Source: an uncultured Christensenellaceae bacterium
Lineage (GTDB): Bacteria > Bacillota > Clostridia > Christensenellales > UBA3700
Length of the DNA: 64,000 nucleotides
NCBI GenBank assembly: GCA_944381345.1
Contig: CALWKU010000080.1
Coordinates: 2,891-66,890, forward strand
Direction: 5' to 3'
The translations under genes and the position numbers were made by a program. Of the stretch, positions 10,587 to 18,985 are shown one piece after another. The notes under the pieces are model-generated. The model searched no databases and was not told the DNA's origin. It saw only the letters and a list, made by a program, of their open reading frames with translations. The number at the start of each line of letters is the position of its first letter. Position 1 is the stretch's first letter.

Positions 10587-11993
10587 ATGGAGATAGGCAA
10601 ACTCATTGTCAGCTCCGAAGCGATCGGCAAGGCGACCGCGTCGGTGAAGAAATTCATCGATGCGATCTGCGACAAGTCGAGTTTTGTCGAGACGGACGTG
10701 TTCGTCACGGGCAAGACTTTCGAGGACGCTGCCGCCGCTTTGGGAGAAGGCGTGGTCACCGGCTATGCTACGCTCGGCGGCAAGCCCGTCCATATCTTCG
10801 CGCAGAATGCGGAAGTGCTTAAAGGCAGCCTTGGCAAAGCTCATGCGGACAAGATCGTCAAGTGCATGAGACGCGCCGTCAAGACGGGCACTCCGCTTGT
10901 TTCCGTCATCGATTGCGGAGGCGCGAGGGTCGGAGAGGGCGTCGGAGTACTTGAAGGCTATGCCGAAGTACTTGCCGAAGCCGCGATCGTTTCGGGGCAG
11001 GTCCCGCACTTCTGCGTCGTCAAGGGCAACGCGGTCGGTATGATGTCGGCGTTCGCCGCGATGGCGGACTTCACGTTTATGTCAAAAGACGCGGTGCTTT
11101 CGCTCGATTCGCCGATGTATCTGGCGTCTACCCAAAAAGATTTTCCCGCGCTCAACAAGCTGCTCGGCTATGACGCGCACAAGTGCGGAGCGGACGTCGC
11201 GCAGTTTACTTACAAGAGCGACGCCGATCTCAAAAAGCAGCTCGATTCGTTGGTCGAGCTGCTGCTCGGCGGCGTAGAGACCGACGACAATCCCAACAGG
11301 GTCGCTTCCGCGCTCGACAAGGGTGCGTCTGCGATCGACACGGTCAAGGCTGTCGTCGACGACGGCAAGGCGGTGGAGTATTGCCCCGAGTGGGCTAAGG
11401 ATGTCGTCTGCGCGCTCGCTTCCGTCAACGGAATGAGCGTCGGCGTCGTCGCCACCGAGCCTAAGGCGTGCAAAGGTTATCTGACTTTGGACGGCGCGCG
11501 CAAGATCGCCGCTTTCGTCGACAAACTCGAGGCGTTTGATCTGCCTCTTGTCACGCTGGTCGACTGCCTCGGTTTCAATACCACCGTCGAGCAGGAAAAT
11601 GCCGGCGCAGCCAAGGTCGCCGCAGAACTCTTTGCCGCTATCGCGTCCTCGTCCGTCGACAAGATAGGCGTCGCCACCGGCAAGGCGATCGGCGCCGCAT
11701 ATGCCGCACTGATGAGCAAAGGCATCGGGTTTGACTACACGCTCGCCACGGACAAGGCTTGCGTCAGCCCCGTTGCTCCCGACGCCGCGGTCGACGTGTT
11801 CATGTCCGATCAGCTCGCCGCGGAAAAGGGCAAGGACATATCCAGAGCGAGACAAAAACTTGCCGACAGCTATGCAAAACTCGCCGCTGATCCAATGATC
11901 GCCGCGCAGGAAGGCTACGTCGACAACGTCGTCGAGGCGAAGAACCTCAGACCCTACATCGCTTCGGCGCTGTTGATGCTCAAAGGCATCTGA
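10587..11993 (+). CDS. Acyl-CoA carboxyltransferase, similar to methylmalonyl-/glutaconyl-CoA decarboxylase alpha or the transcarboxylase 12S subunit
   Basis: The carboxyl-transferase fold is duplicated: an N-half (GGKPVHIFAQN..GSLG..VSVIDCGGARVGEG) and a C-half (VGVVATEP..GYLTLDGARKIA.FV). It has no biotin or ATP-grasp domain. Confidence 0.8.
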   Translation: MEIGKLIVSSEAIGKATASVKKFIDAICDKSSFVETDVFVTGKTFEDAAAALGEGVVTGYATLGGKPVHIFAQNAEVLKGSLGKAHADKIVKCMRRAVKTGTPLVSVIDCGGARVGEGVGVLEGYAEVLAEAAIVSGQVPHFCVVKGNAVGMMSAFAAMADFTFMSKDAVLSLDSPMYLASTQKDFPALNKLLGYDAHKCGADVAQFTYKSDADLKKQLDSLVELLLGGVETDDNPNRVASALDKGASAIDTVKAVVDDGKAVEYCPEWAKDVVCALASVNGMSVGVVATEPKACKGYLTLDGARKIAAFVDKLEAFDLPLVTLVDCLGFNTTVEQENAGAAKVAAELFAAIASSSVDKIGVATGKAIGAAYAALMSKGIGFDYTLATDKACVSPVAPDAAVDVFMSDQLAAEKGKDISRARQKLADSYAKLAADPMIAAQEGYVDNVVEAKNLRPYIASALLMLKGI

Positions 11994-12003
11994 CGGAGAG
12001 GAT

Positions 12004-12468
12004 ATGAAAAAGAGAGTTGCGTTGATACTTCTGACGCTGCTGTCGGTCATGTTCGTGCTTGCGTTCGCCGCCGCCTGCGACGTCGAAGCCCCCGATCCCG
12101 ACAAACTCGGGATAGCGGATATGGGAGTCGGCGACAGGTTGTGGACGGGCATCCAGGTGTTCATTTTGGGACTTGCGATGGTGTTCATCGTGTTGTTCCT
12201 CTTGATCGGATGCATAAAGATAGTCGAATATCTTATCGCTTTGCCTGAAAAGATCGCTAAAAAGAAGGCGGTCGAGAACATAGAGACCGAAAAGCGCGAA
12301 GCGGAACAAGCCGCCGTCGCCGCCGCAGAGCAACAGCGTGAGGAAGAGGAAGAATACGAGGTAGTCGCGGTTATCACCGCGGCGCTGACGGCGTACTACT
12401 GCGGCGGTCAAGCCGCGGAAATGAGCGATCTCCCGTTCAGGGTGCGCTCCATAAAAGAAATCAAATGA
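12004..12468 (+). CDS. OadG/MmdD-like small membrane subunit with an N-terminal lipoprotein-type signal
   Basis: A signal with lipobox-like LAFAAAC is followed by one TM (VFILGLAMVFIVLFLLIG), an acidic linker, and the C-terminal VVAVITAALTAYY typical of OadG-family anchors. Confidence 0.7.
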   Translation: MKKRVALILLTLLSVMFVLAFAAACDVEAPDPDKLGIADMGVGDRLWTGIQVFILGLAMVFIVLFLLIGCIKIVEYLIALPEKIAKKKAVENIETEKREAEQAAVAAAEQQREEEEEYEVVAVITAALTAYYCGGQAAEMSDLPFRVRSIKEIK

Positions 12469-12480
12469 GAGGATAAGATC

Positions 12481-12879
12481 ATGCGTAAATTCAATGTCAA
12501 TGTCAACGGCAAGACCTATGCCGTAGAAGTGGAGGAGATCGGCGCCGTCGAATACGCCGCTCCCGTAGTTCAAGCCGCTCCGGTTTCCGCACCCGCGGCT
12601 GCTCCCAAGACAGCGCCCGCTCCGGCTCCCGCGCCCGCGCCCGCAGCCGCTCCCAAAGCCGCCGGCGCAGGCGATCCCGTCAAGACGCAGATGCCCGGTC
12701 TCGTCAAGAAGCTGTGCTTCTCCAACGGCGCTTCCGTCAAGAAGAACGACACGATCGTCATCCTCGAAGCGATGAAGATGGACACCCCGATCGTCGCTCC
12801 CAAGGACGGCGTGATCACTTACAGCGTCAACGAAGGCGCGAACATCGATACCGGTACAATCCTCTGCACGATCGCATAA
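12481..12879 (+). CDS. Free-standing biotin carboxyl carrier protein (1.3S/gamma-like)
   Basis: A Pro/Ala linker (PAPAPAPAPAAAP) precedes a biotinyl-lysine motif, EAMKM, within a lipoyl-like domain. Confidence 0.9.
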   Translation: MRKFNVNVNGKTYAVEVEEIGAVEYAAPVVQAAPVSAPAAAPKTAPAPAPAPAPAAAPKAAGAGDPVKTQMPGLVKKLCFSNGASVKKNDTIVILEAMKMDTPIVAPKDGVITYSVNEGANIDTGTILCTIA

Positions 12880-12888
12880 AGAGGTGGC

Positions 12889-14421
12889 ATGATGTTGGGA
12901 TTTTCATCTACAATATTGTCGCTCGACTTTGTAGATTCCTTACAGAATTTGTGGAACAGCACGGGTTTCATGACCTCGCTGACTCCGCTTTGGCAGAACT
13001 TGATCATGCTCGTCATCGCGTGCGCGCTCATCTACCTGGCGGTGTACAAGGAGTTTGAGCCCAATCTGCTGCTCGCGATAGGTTTCGGTATGTTCATCAT
13101 CAACATTCCCGGCACCTACAACATTCTGTACGGAACATACGGCTACAATTTTACGGTCGACGGCGATCAAATGTATATGTTCTTCAATACCGGTGAAGAG
13201 CTGTTTGCCGGCACTCTGCCGCAGCTTGCCGAAAAGCTGGGGATAGCGCTTGCGGACGAAATGACCGTTTCGCAGCAATTGCAGGCGGTGACAACCAAGA
13301 TTGCGGAGACCTATCAATACGCGTATGCGTCGCCCATTTCCGGCACGATAAACGAACTCAATCAGATGTTCGGCATCGTATATCAGACGGTTGGCGACGT
13401 CGATATGGTCAGTCTGCCCGACAAATTGGCGGCGATCTGCGCGAAGGTTGCCGAGATCAGCCCCGATTACGCCTACTCAAAGGAGGTAGTCGCGGACTAC
13501 GGTCTGTTCTATTACCTGTATAAGGGCGTCGATTGGGTCATCTATCCGCCGCTCATCTTCCTGGGCATCGGCGCAATGACCGACTTCGGTCCGCTCATCG
13601 CCAACCCCAAGAGCTTACTCATGGGCGCGGCGGCGCAGCTTGGTATCTTCATTACTTTCATCGTTGCGATCAACATCGGTTTCACCGGCGAAGAGGCTTC
13701 GGCGATCGCGATTATCGGCGGCGCGGACGGACCTACGGCGATCTATGTCACAGTCAAACTTGCGGCTCACTTGTTGCCTTCGATAGCCGTCGCGGCGTAT
13801 TCGTACATGGCTCTGATCAAACTGATTCAGCCGCCCATTATGAAACTGGTCACGACCAAGAAGGAGAGAGCTGTCGTCATGGAGCAGCTCCGCCCCGTCT
13901 CCAAGACGGAGAAAGTCGTGTTCCCGCTTGCGGTCACGCTCATCGTCGGCGTCATACTGCCCAGCGCTGTGCCGCTGCTCGGTATGCTCATGCTCGGCAA
14001 CCTGTTCAAGGAGTCCGAGGTCGTACCGAGACTGACCAACACCGCTAAGAACGAACTGATCAACATAATCACGATCTTGCTCGGCGTACTCGTCGGGACA
14101 AAGGCGACTGCGGATGTGTTCCTCAACCTGCAGACGCTCAAGATCTTGATCATCGGCATCGTCGCGTTCTCGTTCGGTACGCTCGGCGGTCTGCTGATCG
14201 GCAAGCTGATGTATTTGACCAGCAAGGGCAAGGTCAATCCGCTCATCGGTTCCGCCGGCGTCTCCGCCGTCCCGATGGCTGCGAGGATTTCGCACAACGT
14301 CGGTCAAGAAGAGAATCCGCAAAACTATCTGCTCATGCACGCTATGGGGCCCAATGTCGCAGGCGTCATAGGCAGCGCCGTCGCGGCAGGCGTGTTGCTG
14401 TCCGTGTTCGGCGTCGCATAA
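12889..14421 (+). CDS. Na+-translocating decarboxylase beta subunit (OadB/MmdB/GcdB family)
   Basis: It is polytopic and carries family signatures: GAMTDFGPLIANP, IIGGADGPTAIY, AAYSYMAL..IQPPIM, NPLIGSAGVSAVPMAAR and LLMHAMGPNVAGVIGSA. The hydrophilic region after the first TM block is long. Confidence 0.92.
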   Translation: MMLGFSSTILSLDFVDSLQNLWNSTGFMTSLTPLWQNLIMLVIACALIYLAVYKEFEPNLLLAIGFGMFIINIPGTYNILYGTYGYNFTVDGDQMYMFFNTGEELFAGTLPQLAEKLGIALADEMTVSQQLQAVTTKIAETYQYAYASPISGTINELNQMFGIVYQTVGDVDMVSLPDKLAAICAKVAEISPDYAYSKEVVADYGLFYYLYKGVDWVIYPPLIFLGIGAMTDFGPLIANPKSLLMGAAAQLGIFITFIVAINIGFTGEEASAIAIIGGADGPTAIYVTVKLAAHLLPSIAVAAYSYMALIKLIQPPIMKLVTTKKERAVVMEQLRPVSKTEKVVFPLAVTLIVGVILPSAVPLLGMLMLGNLFKESEVVPRLTNTAKNELINIITILLGVLVGTKATADVFLNLQTLKILIIGIVAFSFGTLGGLLIGKLMYLTSKGKVNPLIGSAGVSAVPMAARISHNVGQEENPQNYLLMHAMGPNVAGVIGSAVAAGVLLSVFGVA

Positions 14422-14439
14422 TCAACGAGGTGTTACATT

Positions 14440-15837
14440 ATGGCAAAAGTACAAATTACCGAAACAATTTTGAGAGACGCTCACCAATCGCAGGCGGCTA
14501 CGCGTATGAGATTGGACGAGATGCTTCCCGTCGCCGAAAAGCTCGACAAAGTCGGGTATTACTCCATCGAGTGCTGGGGCGGCGCGACGTTCGACTCGTG
14601 CCTGCGTTTCCTCAACGAAGATCCGTGGGAGAGGCTGCGCAAACTGCGCAAGGCGATGCCCAATACCAAGCTGCAAATGCTGCTCAGAGGTCAAAATATC
14701 CTCGGATACAAACACTATGCAGACGACGTGGTCGAGGAATTCGTCAAGAAGTCCATCGAGAACGGCATCGACATCATCCGCATCTTCGACGCGCTCAACG
14801 ATACCCGCAATATGCGCAAGGCCATGGAGAGCTGCAAAAAGTACAAGGGTATCTGCGAAGCTACGATCTGCTACACGACCAGTCCCGTCCACACGACCGA
14901 ATACTTCATTAAGCTCGCCAAAGAACTTGAGGACATGGGCGCAGACGTCATCTGTATAAAGGACATGGCGGGCATTTTGGTCCCGTATGTCGCGTACGAA
15001 CTCGTCAAGGGCATCAAGAAGGTCGTCAAAGCGCCCGTGCATCTGCATACGCACCAGACGTCGGGCGTAGGCAGCATGACCTATCTCAAAGCGATAGAGG
15101 CGGGCGTCGACATTATCGACTGCGCTCTGTCCGCGCTCGGCAACGGCACCTCTCAGCCTGCGACCGAACCCATGGTCGCCACTTTGCAGGGTACCGAGTA
15201 CGACACCGGGCTTGACCTAAAATTGCTTAACGATATCAACAAGCACTTCGTCGACGTTGCCGATCGTCTCAAAAAGGACGGTTGGCTGACCGACAAGTCG
15301 CTCAAAACGGACGTCAAGGCGTTGATCTATCAGGTTCCTGGCGGCATGCTCTCCAACCTCGTCGGACAGCTCAAATCGCTCGGCGCGCTCGACAAGTACG
15401 AAGAAGTGCTTGCAGAAGTGCCCAACGTACGCAAAGATCTCGGCTATCCGCCGCTTGTCACTCCGACAAGCCAGATTGTCGGCACGCAGGCTGTGTTCAA
15501 CGTCGTCAGCGGCGAGAGATACAAGATGGTCTCCGCCGAGACCAAGGGCGTGCTTCGCGGCGAGTACGGCAGATTGCCGGCAAAGCCCGATGCGGACGTT
15601 GTAAAGAAGGTCCTCGGCGACGAAAAACCGATCACTTGCCGTCCCGCAGATCTCATTAAACCCGAACTTGCAAAGTATCGTGACGAGATCAAGCAATACA
15701 TAGAACAGGACGAGGACGTGCTGTCCTATGCGCTGTTTCCGCAAGTCGCGCTCAACTATTTCAAGTTCAGGCAGGCAAACGAGCGCAAGGTCGACACTCT
15801 TGTCGGCGATGTCAAGAACGGCATTCAGCCCGTCTGA
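14440..15837 (+). CDS. Oxaloacetate decarboxylase alpha / pyruvate carboxyltransferase (5S-like) lacking a biotinyl domain
   Basis: An HMGL-like TIM barrel (ITETILRDAHQS..ECWGGATFD..LRGQN..HLHTHQTSG) is followed by a conserved C-terminal PYC_OADA region. The protein ends at 465 aa with no EAMKM domain. Confidence 0.9.
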   Translation: MAKVQITETILRDAHQSQAATRMRLDEMLPVAEKLDKVGYYSIECWGGATFDSCLRFLNEDPWERLRKLRKAMPNTKLQMLLRGQNILGYKHYADDVVEEFVKKSIENGIDIIRIFDALNDTRNMRKAMESCKKYKGICEATICYTTSPVHTTEYFIKLAKELEDMGADVICIKDMAGILVPYVAYELVKGIKKVVKAPVHLHTHQTSGVGSMTYLKAIEAGVDIIDCALSALGNGTSQPATEPMVATLQGTEYDTGLDLKLLNDINKHFVDVADRLKKDGWLTDKSLKTDVKALIYQVPGGMLSNLVGQLKSLGALDKYEEVLAEVPNVRKDLGYPPLVTPTSQIVGTQAVFNVVSGERYKMVSAETKGVLRGEYGRLPAKPDADVVKKVLGDEKPITCRPADLIKPELAKYRDEIKQYIEQDEDVLSYALFPQVALNYFKFRQANERKVDTLVGDVKNGIQPV

Positions 15838-15855
15838 CGCATTGAGTCGAATAAA

Positions 15856-15878
15856 GGCGGTCCCTATAGGGGATCGCC
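15856..15878 (+). repeat. Left copy of the 23-bp target-site duplication, which is the operon terminator hairpin
   Basis: GGCGGTCCCTATAGGGGATCGCC is identical to 17442-17464. It is itself a hairpin (GGCGGTCCC / GGGGATCGCC). Confidence 0.9.
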
Positions 15879-17441
15879 TCAGACTGTAGACAAACCCCAC
15901 CAAAACAAGCTTTTTGGTGGGGTTTGTGGTATAATATAAGTATGTTAAACAAGAGAAAGACAGACAATCGTAATCAAATACGAATGGTGTGCATTGAGGA
16001 TTTGGTTCCGCAAGATCACCTATTGCGTAAGATAGAGAACGCAATAGATTTCGGATTTGTTTACGATGAAGTAAAAGGGTTATACAGCAGCGACAACGGC
16101 AGACCGAGCATAGACCCGGTATGCTTGGTTAAGCTATGCGTTATTAACTATTTGTATGGATACAACAGCATGCGCCGCACAATTCGAGAATGCGAAGTAA
16201 ACATGGCATACAGATGGTTTATTGGGTATGGCATAGAAGAAAAGGTACCTCATTTCTCAACATTTGGGAAGAACTATATGAGGCGATTTGAGGGTACGGA
16301 TATATTCGAGAAGATATTCACTCGCGTATTAGACGAAGCAATACGGCACAAGTTTGTGGATGCAAAGACGATATTTGTAGACGGAACGCATGTAAAAGCG
16401 AACGCGAACATACACAAGAGCGCTAAGGTAATGGTGGAAAAAGAGGCTCGGAAGTATGATGAGCAATTAAAGAAAGAGATAAACGAAGACCGCGAGAAGC
16501 ACGGAAAGAAACCCTTTGACGATGATGACGAAACGCCGGGGACAAAGGAAATAACCGAATCGACGACGGATCCCGAGAGCGGACTTTTTCACAAAGGCGA
16601 ACACAAGAAATGCTTTGCGTATAACGTACAAGTGGCATGCGACAAACACGGTTGGATATTGGGCGGAACGGTACACAAAGGGAATAAACACGACAGTACC
16701 GTTTTCGACGAAATATACGAAAAAGTCAAAGAAACAACAGGGAGACCGGACAGTTTGGCTGCGGATGCGGGTTACAAAACGCCGGCAATAGCAAAGATGT
16801 TAATAGACGAGAATGTCAAACCGTATATGCCGTACAAGAGTCCTATGACAAAGAATGGATATCTGTACAAAAACGAATATGTATATGACGAATACTATGA
16901 CTGCTATATTTGCCCCAACTGCGAAGTATTGGAATACAGCACAACAAATAAAGAGGGGTACCGGGAATACAAGAGCAAACGAGAGGAATGCGAAAAGTGT
17001 CCGTATTTGAAACAATGCACAAAAAGCAAGAATAAGACCAAAGTCATAACCCGGCACATATGGGCAGAATACTTAGACAGAGTTGAGGATAACCGGCATA
17101 CGCAAGACGGAAAAGACATCTACGGAAAGCGAAAAGAGACAATAGAGCGAGTATTTGCGGACGCGAAAGAGAAACACGGGATGAGGTTTACAAGACACAA
17201 CGGCTTAGCAAAAGTTAAGACGCAGGTGTTGCTTACTTTGATGGTGATGAACTTGAAGAAATTAGCAAAGATGATTGGAGGAATACCCGAGAAAACACGA
17301 GACTTTTTAGCAAAAATGTTTGTCTTTACCTCAAATATTGGATTTGTAACTCAATTTTGAAAAGCAGAACACATTTTTTAAACCAAAAAGCAAAAGCGGC
17401 TTTGAACAATTTGTCCAAAACCGCTTTTGTCTACGGTCTGA
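15879..17441 (+). mobile_element. IS1182-family insertion sequence (about 1.56 kb)
   Basis: The terminal inverted repeats are TCAGACTGTAGACAAA (left) and TTTGTCTACGGTCTGA (right). It holds one DDE transposase ORF, is flanked by a 23-bp direct repeat, and has lower GC than its surroundings. Confidence 0.9.
15942..17360 (+). CDS. IS1182/IS5-type DDE transposase
   Basis: The N-terminal transposase domain (LVPQDHLLRKIE..GRPSIDPV..YGYNSMRR..EVNMAYRWF) is followed by a DDE region (FVDGTHVKANA..AADAGY..ERVFADAKE.HG). ATG 15942 lies 6 nt after TGgTATAAT. Confidence 0.9.
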   Translation: MLNKRKTDNRNQIRMVCIEDLVPQDHLLRKIENAIDFGFVYDEVKGLYSSDNGRPSIDPVCLVKLCVINYLYGYNSMRRTIRECEVNMAYRWFIGYGIEEKVPHFSTFGKNYMRRFEGTDIFEKIFTRVLDEAIRHKFVDAKTIFVDGTHVKANANIHKSAKVMVEKEARKYDEQLKKEINEDREKHGKKPFDDDDETPGTKEITESTTDPESGLFHKGEHKKCFAYNVQVACDKHGWILGGTVHKGNKHDSTVFDEIYEKVKETTGRPDSLAADAGYKTPAIAKMLIDENVKPYMPYKSPMTKNGYLYKNEYVYDEYYDCYICPNCEVLEYSTTNKEGYREYKSKREECEKCPYLKQCTKSKNKTKVITRHIWAEYLDRVEDNRHTQDGKDIYGKRKETIERVFADAKEKHGMRFTRHNGLAKVKTQVLLTLMVMNLKKLAKMIGGIPEKTRDFLAKMFVFTSNIGFVTQF

Positions 17442-17469
17442 GGCGGTCCCTATAGGGGATCGCCTTTTT
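17442..17469 (+). terminator. Right copy of the duplicated hairpin with the original T-tract. This is the intact rho-independent terminator.
   Basis: GGCGGTCCCTATAGGGGATCGCC is followed by TTTTT. Before the IS inserted, it would have followed the 5S-like gene directly. Confidence 0.8.
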
Positions 17470-17498
17470 GCATATATAATAATTTTTTGTTCACAATA
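17470..17498 (+). promoter_or_regulatory. Candidate forespore-type (sigma-F/G-like) promoter of sigG
   Basis: GCATA, a 17-nt spacer, then CACAATA, located 38 nt upstream of ATG 17536. It resembles the GHATR-N17/18-CATxxTA consensus as I recall it. Confidence 0.3.
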
Positions 17499-17535
17499 TC
17501 TATGCCGACATCGAGCGCCTACATAGGAGGTGAGT

Positions 17536-18303
17536 ATGAACCACAAAGTGACGATTTGCGGCGTGGACACCAACTCGCTGCCCAAATTGGGGCGCGAGGA
17601 GACGCGCGAATTGATCGAAATGAGCAAGCGCGGCAACGTCAATGCTCGCGAAAAGCTGGCCATGGGCAACGTCAGGCTAGTGCTGTCGCTCGTTCAAAGA
17701 TTCCGCAACCGAAACAACAGCGACGATCTCTTTCAAGTAGGCATGGTCGGGCTGATGAAGGCTGTAGAAAACTTCGACACCCGTTTCAATGTCGCGTTTT
17801 CCACCTATGCGGTGCCTATGATCATAGGGGAGATCAAGCGTTTCCTAAAAGACGGTTCGGGCATCAAGGTCAGTCGCAGTATGCGCGACGTGGCGTACAA
17901 GGCGCTGCACGCAAAGGAGACGCTCGAGGGGCGCGACGGCAAAATACCGACCGCTATGGAGATAGCCGAGGAGATAGATCTTCCTCTTAAGGAGGTCGTA
18001 TGCGCGCTTGACGCGGTCAGCGAGCCGGTGTACTTGCAGGACTGCGTGTTCGGAGACAGCGACGACGGCTTGTCCCTCGAGGACAGGATAGGCGACGAAA
18101 AGAACACGGCGGACGATTGGAACGAGCGAATCTGCCTTAAAGGCGCGATAGCGGATCTGCCCGAAAGAGAGCGCAACGTCATCTATATGCGCTACTATCT
18201 CGGCAAGACGCAGACCGAGATATCGCGCGAAACGGACATATCGCAGGCGCAGGTCAGCAGGCTGGAAAAGTCAGCGCTCGCAAAGATCAGATCCAAATTT
18301 TGA
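17536..18303 (+). CDS. sigG: Sporulation sigma factor sigma-G
   Basis: The N-terminus KVTICGVDTNSLPKL..EETRELI is characteristic of SigG. Regions 2-4 are present (DLFQVGMVGLMKAVENFD, FSTYAVPMIIGEIKRFLKD, ISQAQVSRLEK). AGGAGG lies 5 nt before ATG 17536. Confidence 0.9.
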   Translation: MNHKVTICGVDTNSLPKLGREETRELIEMSKRGNVNAREKLAMGNVRLVLSLVQRFRNRNNSDDLFQVGMVGLMKAVENFDTRFNVAFSTYAVPMIIGEIKRFLKDGSGIKVSRSMRDVAYKALHAKETLEGRDGKIPTAMEIAEEIDLPLKEVVCALDAVSEPVYLQDCVFGDSDDGLSLEDRIGDEKNTADDWNERICLKGAIADLPERERNVIYMRYYLGKTQTEISRETDISQAQVSRLEKSALAKIRSKF

Positions 18304-18305
18304 AA

Positions 18306-18329
18306 AATGCGGCGAGCGATCGCCGCATT
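18306..18329 (+). terminator. Hairpin after sigG
   Basis: AATGCGGCGA-GCGA-TCGCCGCATT forms a perfect 10-bp stem. It has an A-run upstream and no clear T-run downstream. Confidence 0.5.
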
Positions 18330-18464
18330 AATATTGCCGTTTCTACGCGCCTAACGCGGATTCTTTTAGAGTTTTATAATTTTTGCACACTACATTTTGC
18401 GCTTTTTGCCAGAATGCTTTGCATATTCCGCAATATGTAGTATAATTGAATCTGCGGAGGAATT

Positions 18465-18941
18465 ATGAAGTGTATTTATTGCGGCTGTATGGACAGCAAG
18501 GTCATCGACAGCAGAGTCAACGAGGACGGCACCTCGATCAGGCGCAGACGTGAGTGTATGAATTGCGGCAAGCGGTTCACGACCTATGAGACGATCGAAA
18601 CCGCTCCTATCATGGTCATCAAAAAGTCGGGTTGCAGACAGATCTTTTCTCCCCAAAAACTAAAGAACGGCATTGTAAAGGCTTGCGACAAGCGCCCCGT
18701 GTCCATGCAGCAGATAGACAAACTTGTCTCGGACATTGAAAAGCAGCTTGCCAATCAATTGGAGCAGGAAGTGACCTCGACGCAGATCGGCGATCTCGTC
18801 ATGGAAGGGCTCAAAGACATCGACGACGTCGCTTACGTGCGTTTCGCCGCAGTACACAGGCAATTTAAGGACATCAACAGTTGGCTCAGCGAGATTAACG
18901 AGATCGTCAAACACAAACACGACAACAATAAAAATAAATAA
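18465..18941 (+). CDS. nrdR: Transcriptional repressor NrdR
   Basis: It has a zinc ribbon (CIYCG..C.NCGKRFTTYE) and an ATP-cone. A TATAAT and a GGAGG SD lie upstream. Confidence 0.95.
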   Translation: MKCIYCGCMDSKVIDSRVNEDGTSIRRRRECMNCGKRFTTYETIETAPIMVIKKSGCRQIFSPQKLKNGIVKACDKRPVSMQQIDKLVSDIEKQLANQLEQEVTSTQIGDLVMEGLKDIDDVAYVRFAAVHRQFKDINSWLSEINEIVKHKHDNNKNK

Positions 18942-18947
18942 GGCTCA

Positions 18948-18976
18948 CGCGCGAACGACTGTCGTTTGCGCGTTTT
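18948..18976 (+). terminator. Rho-independent terminator after nrdR
   Basis: CGCGCGAACGAC/GTCGTTTGCGCG stem followed by TTTT. Confidence 0.75.
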
Positions 18977-18985
18977 ACGGAAATT

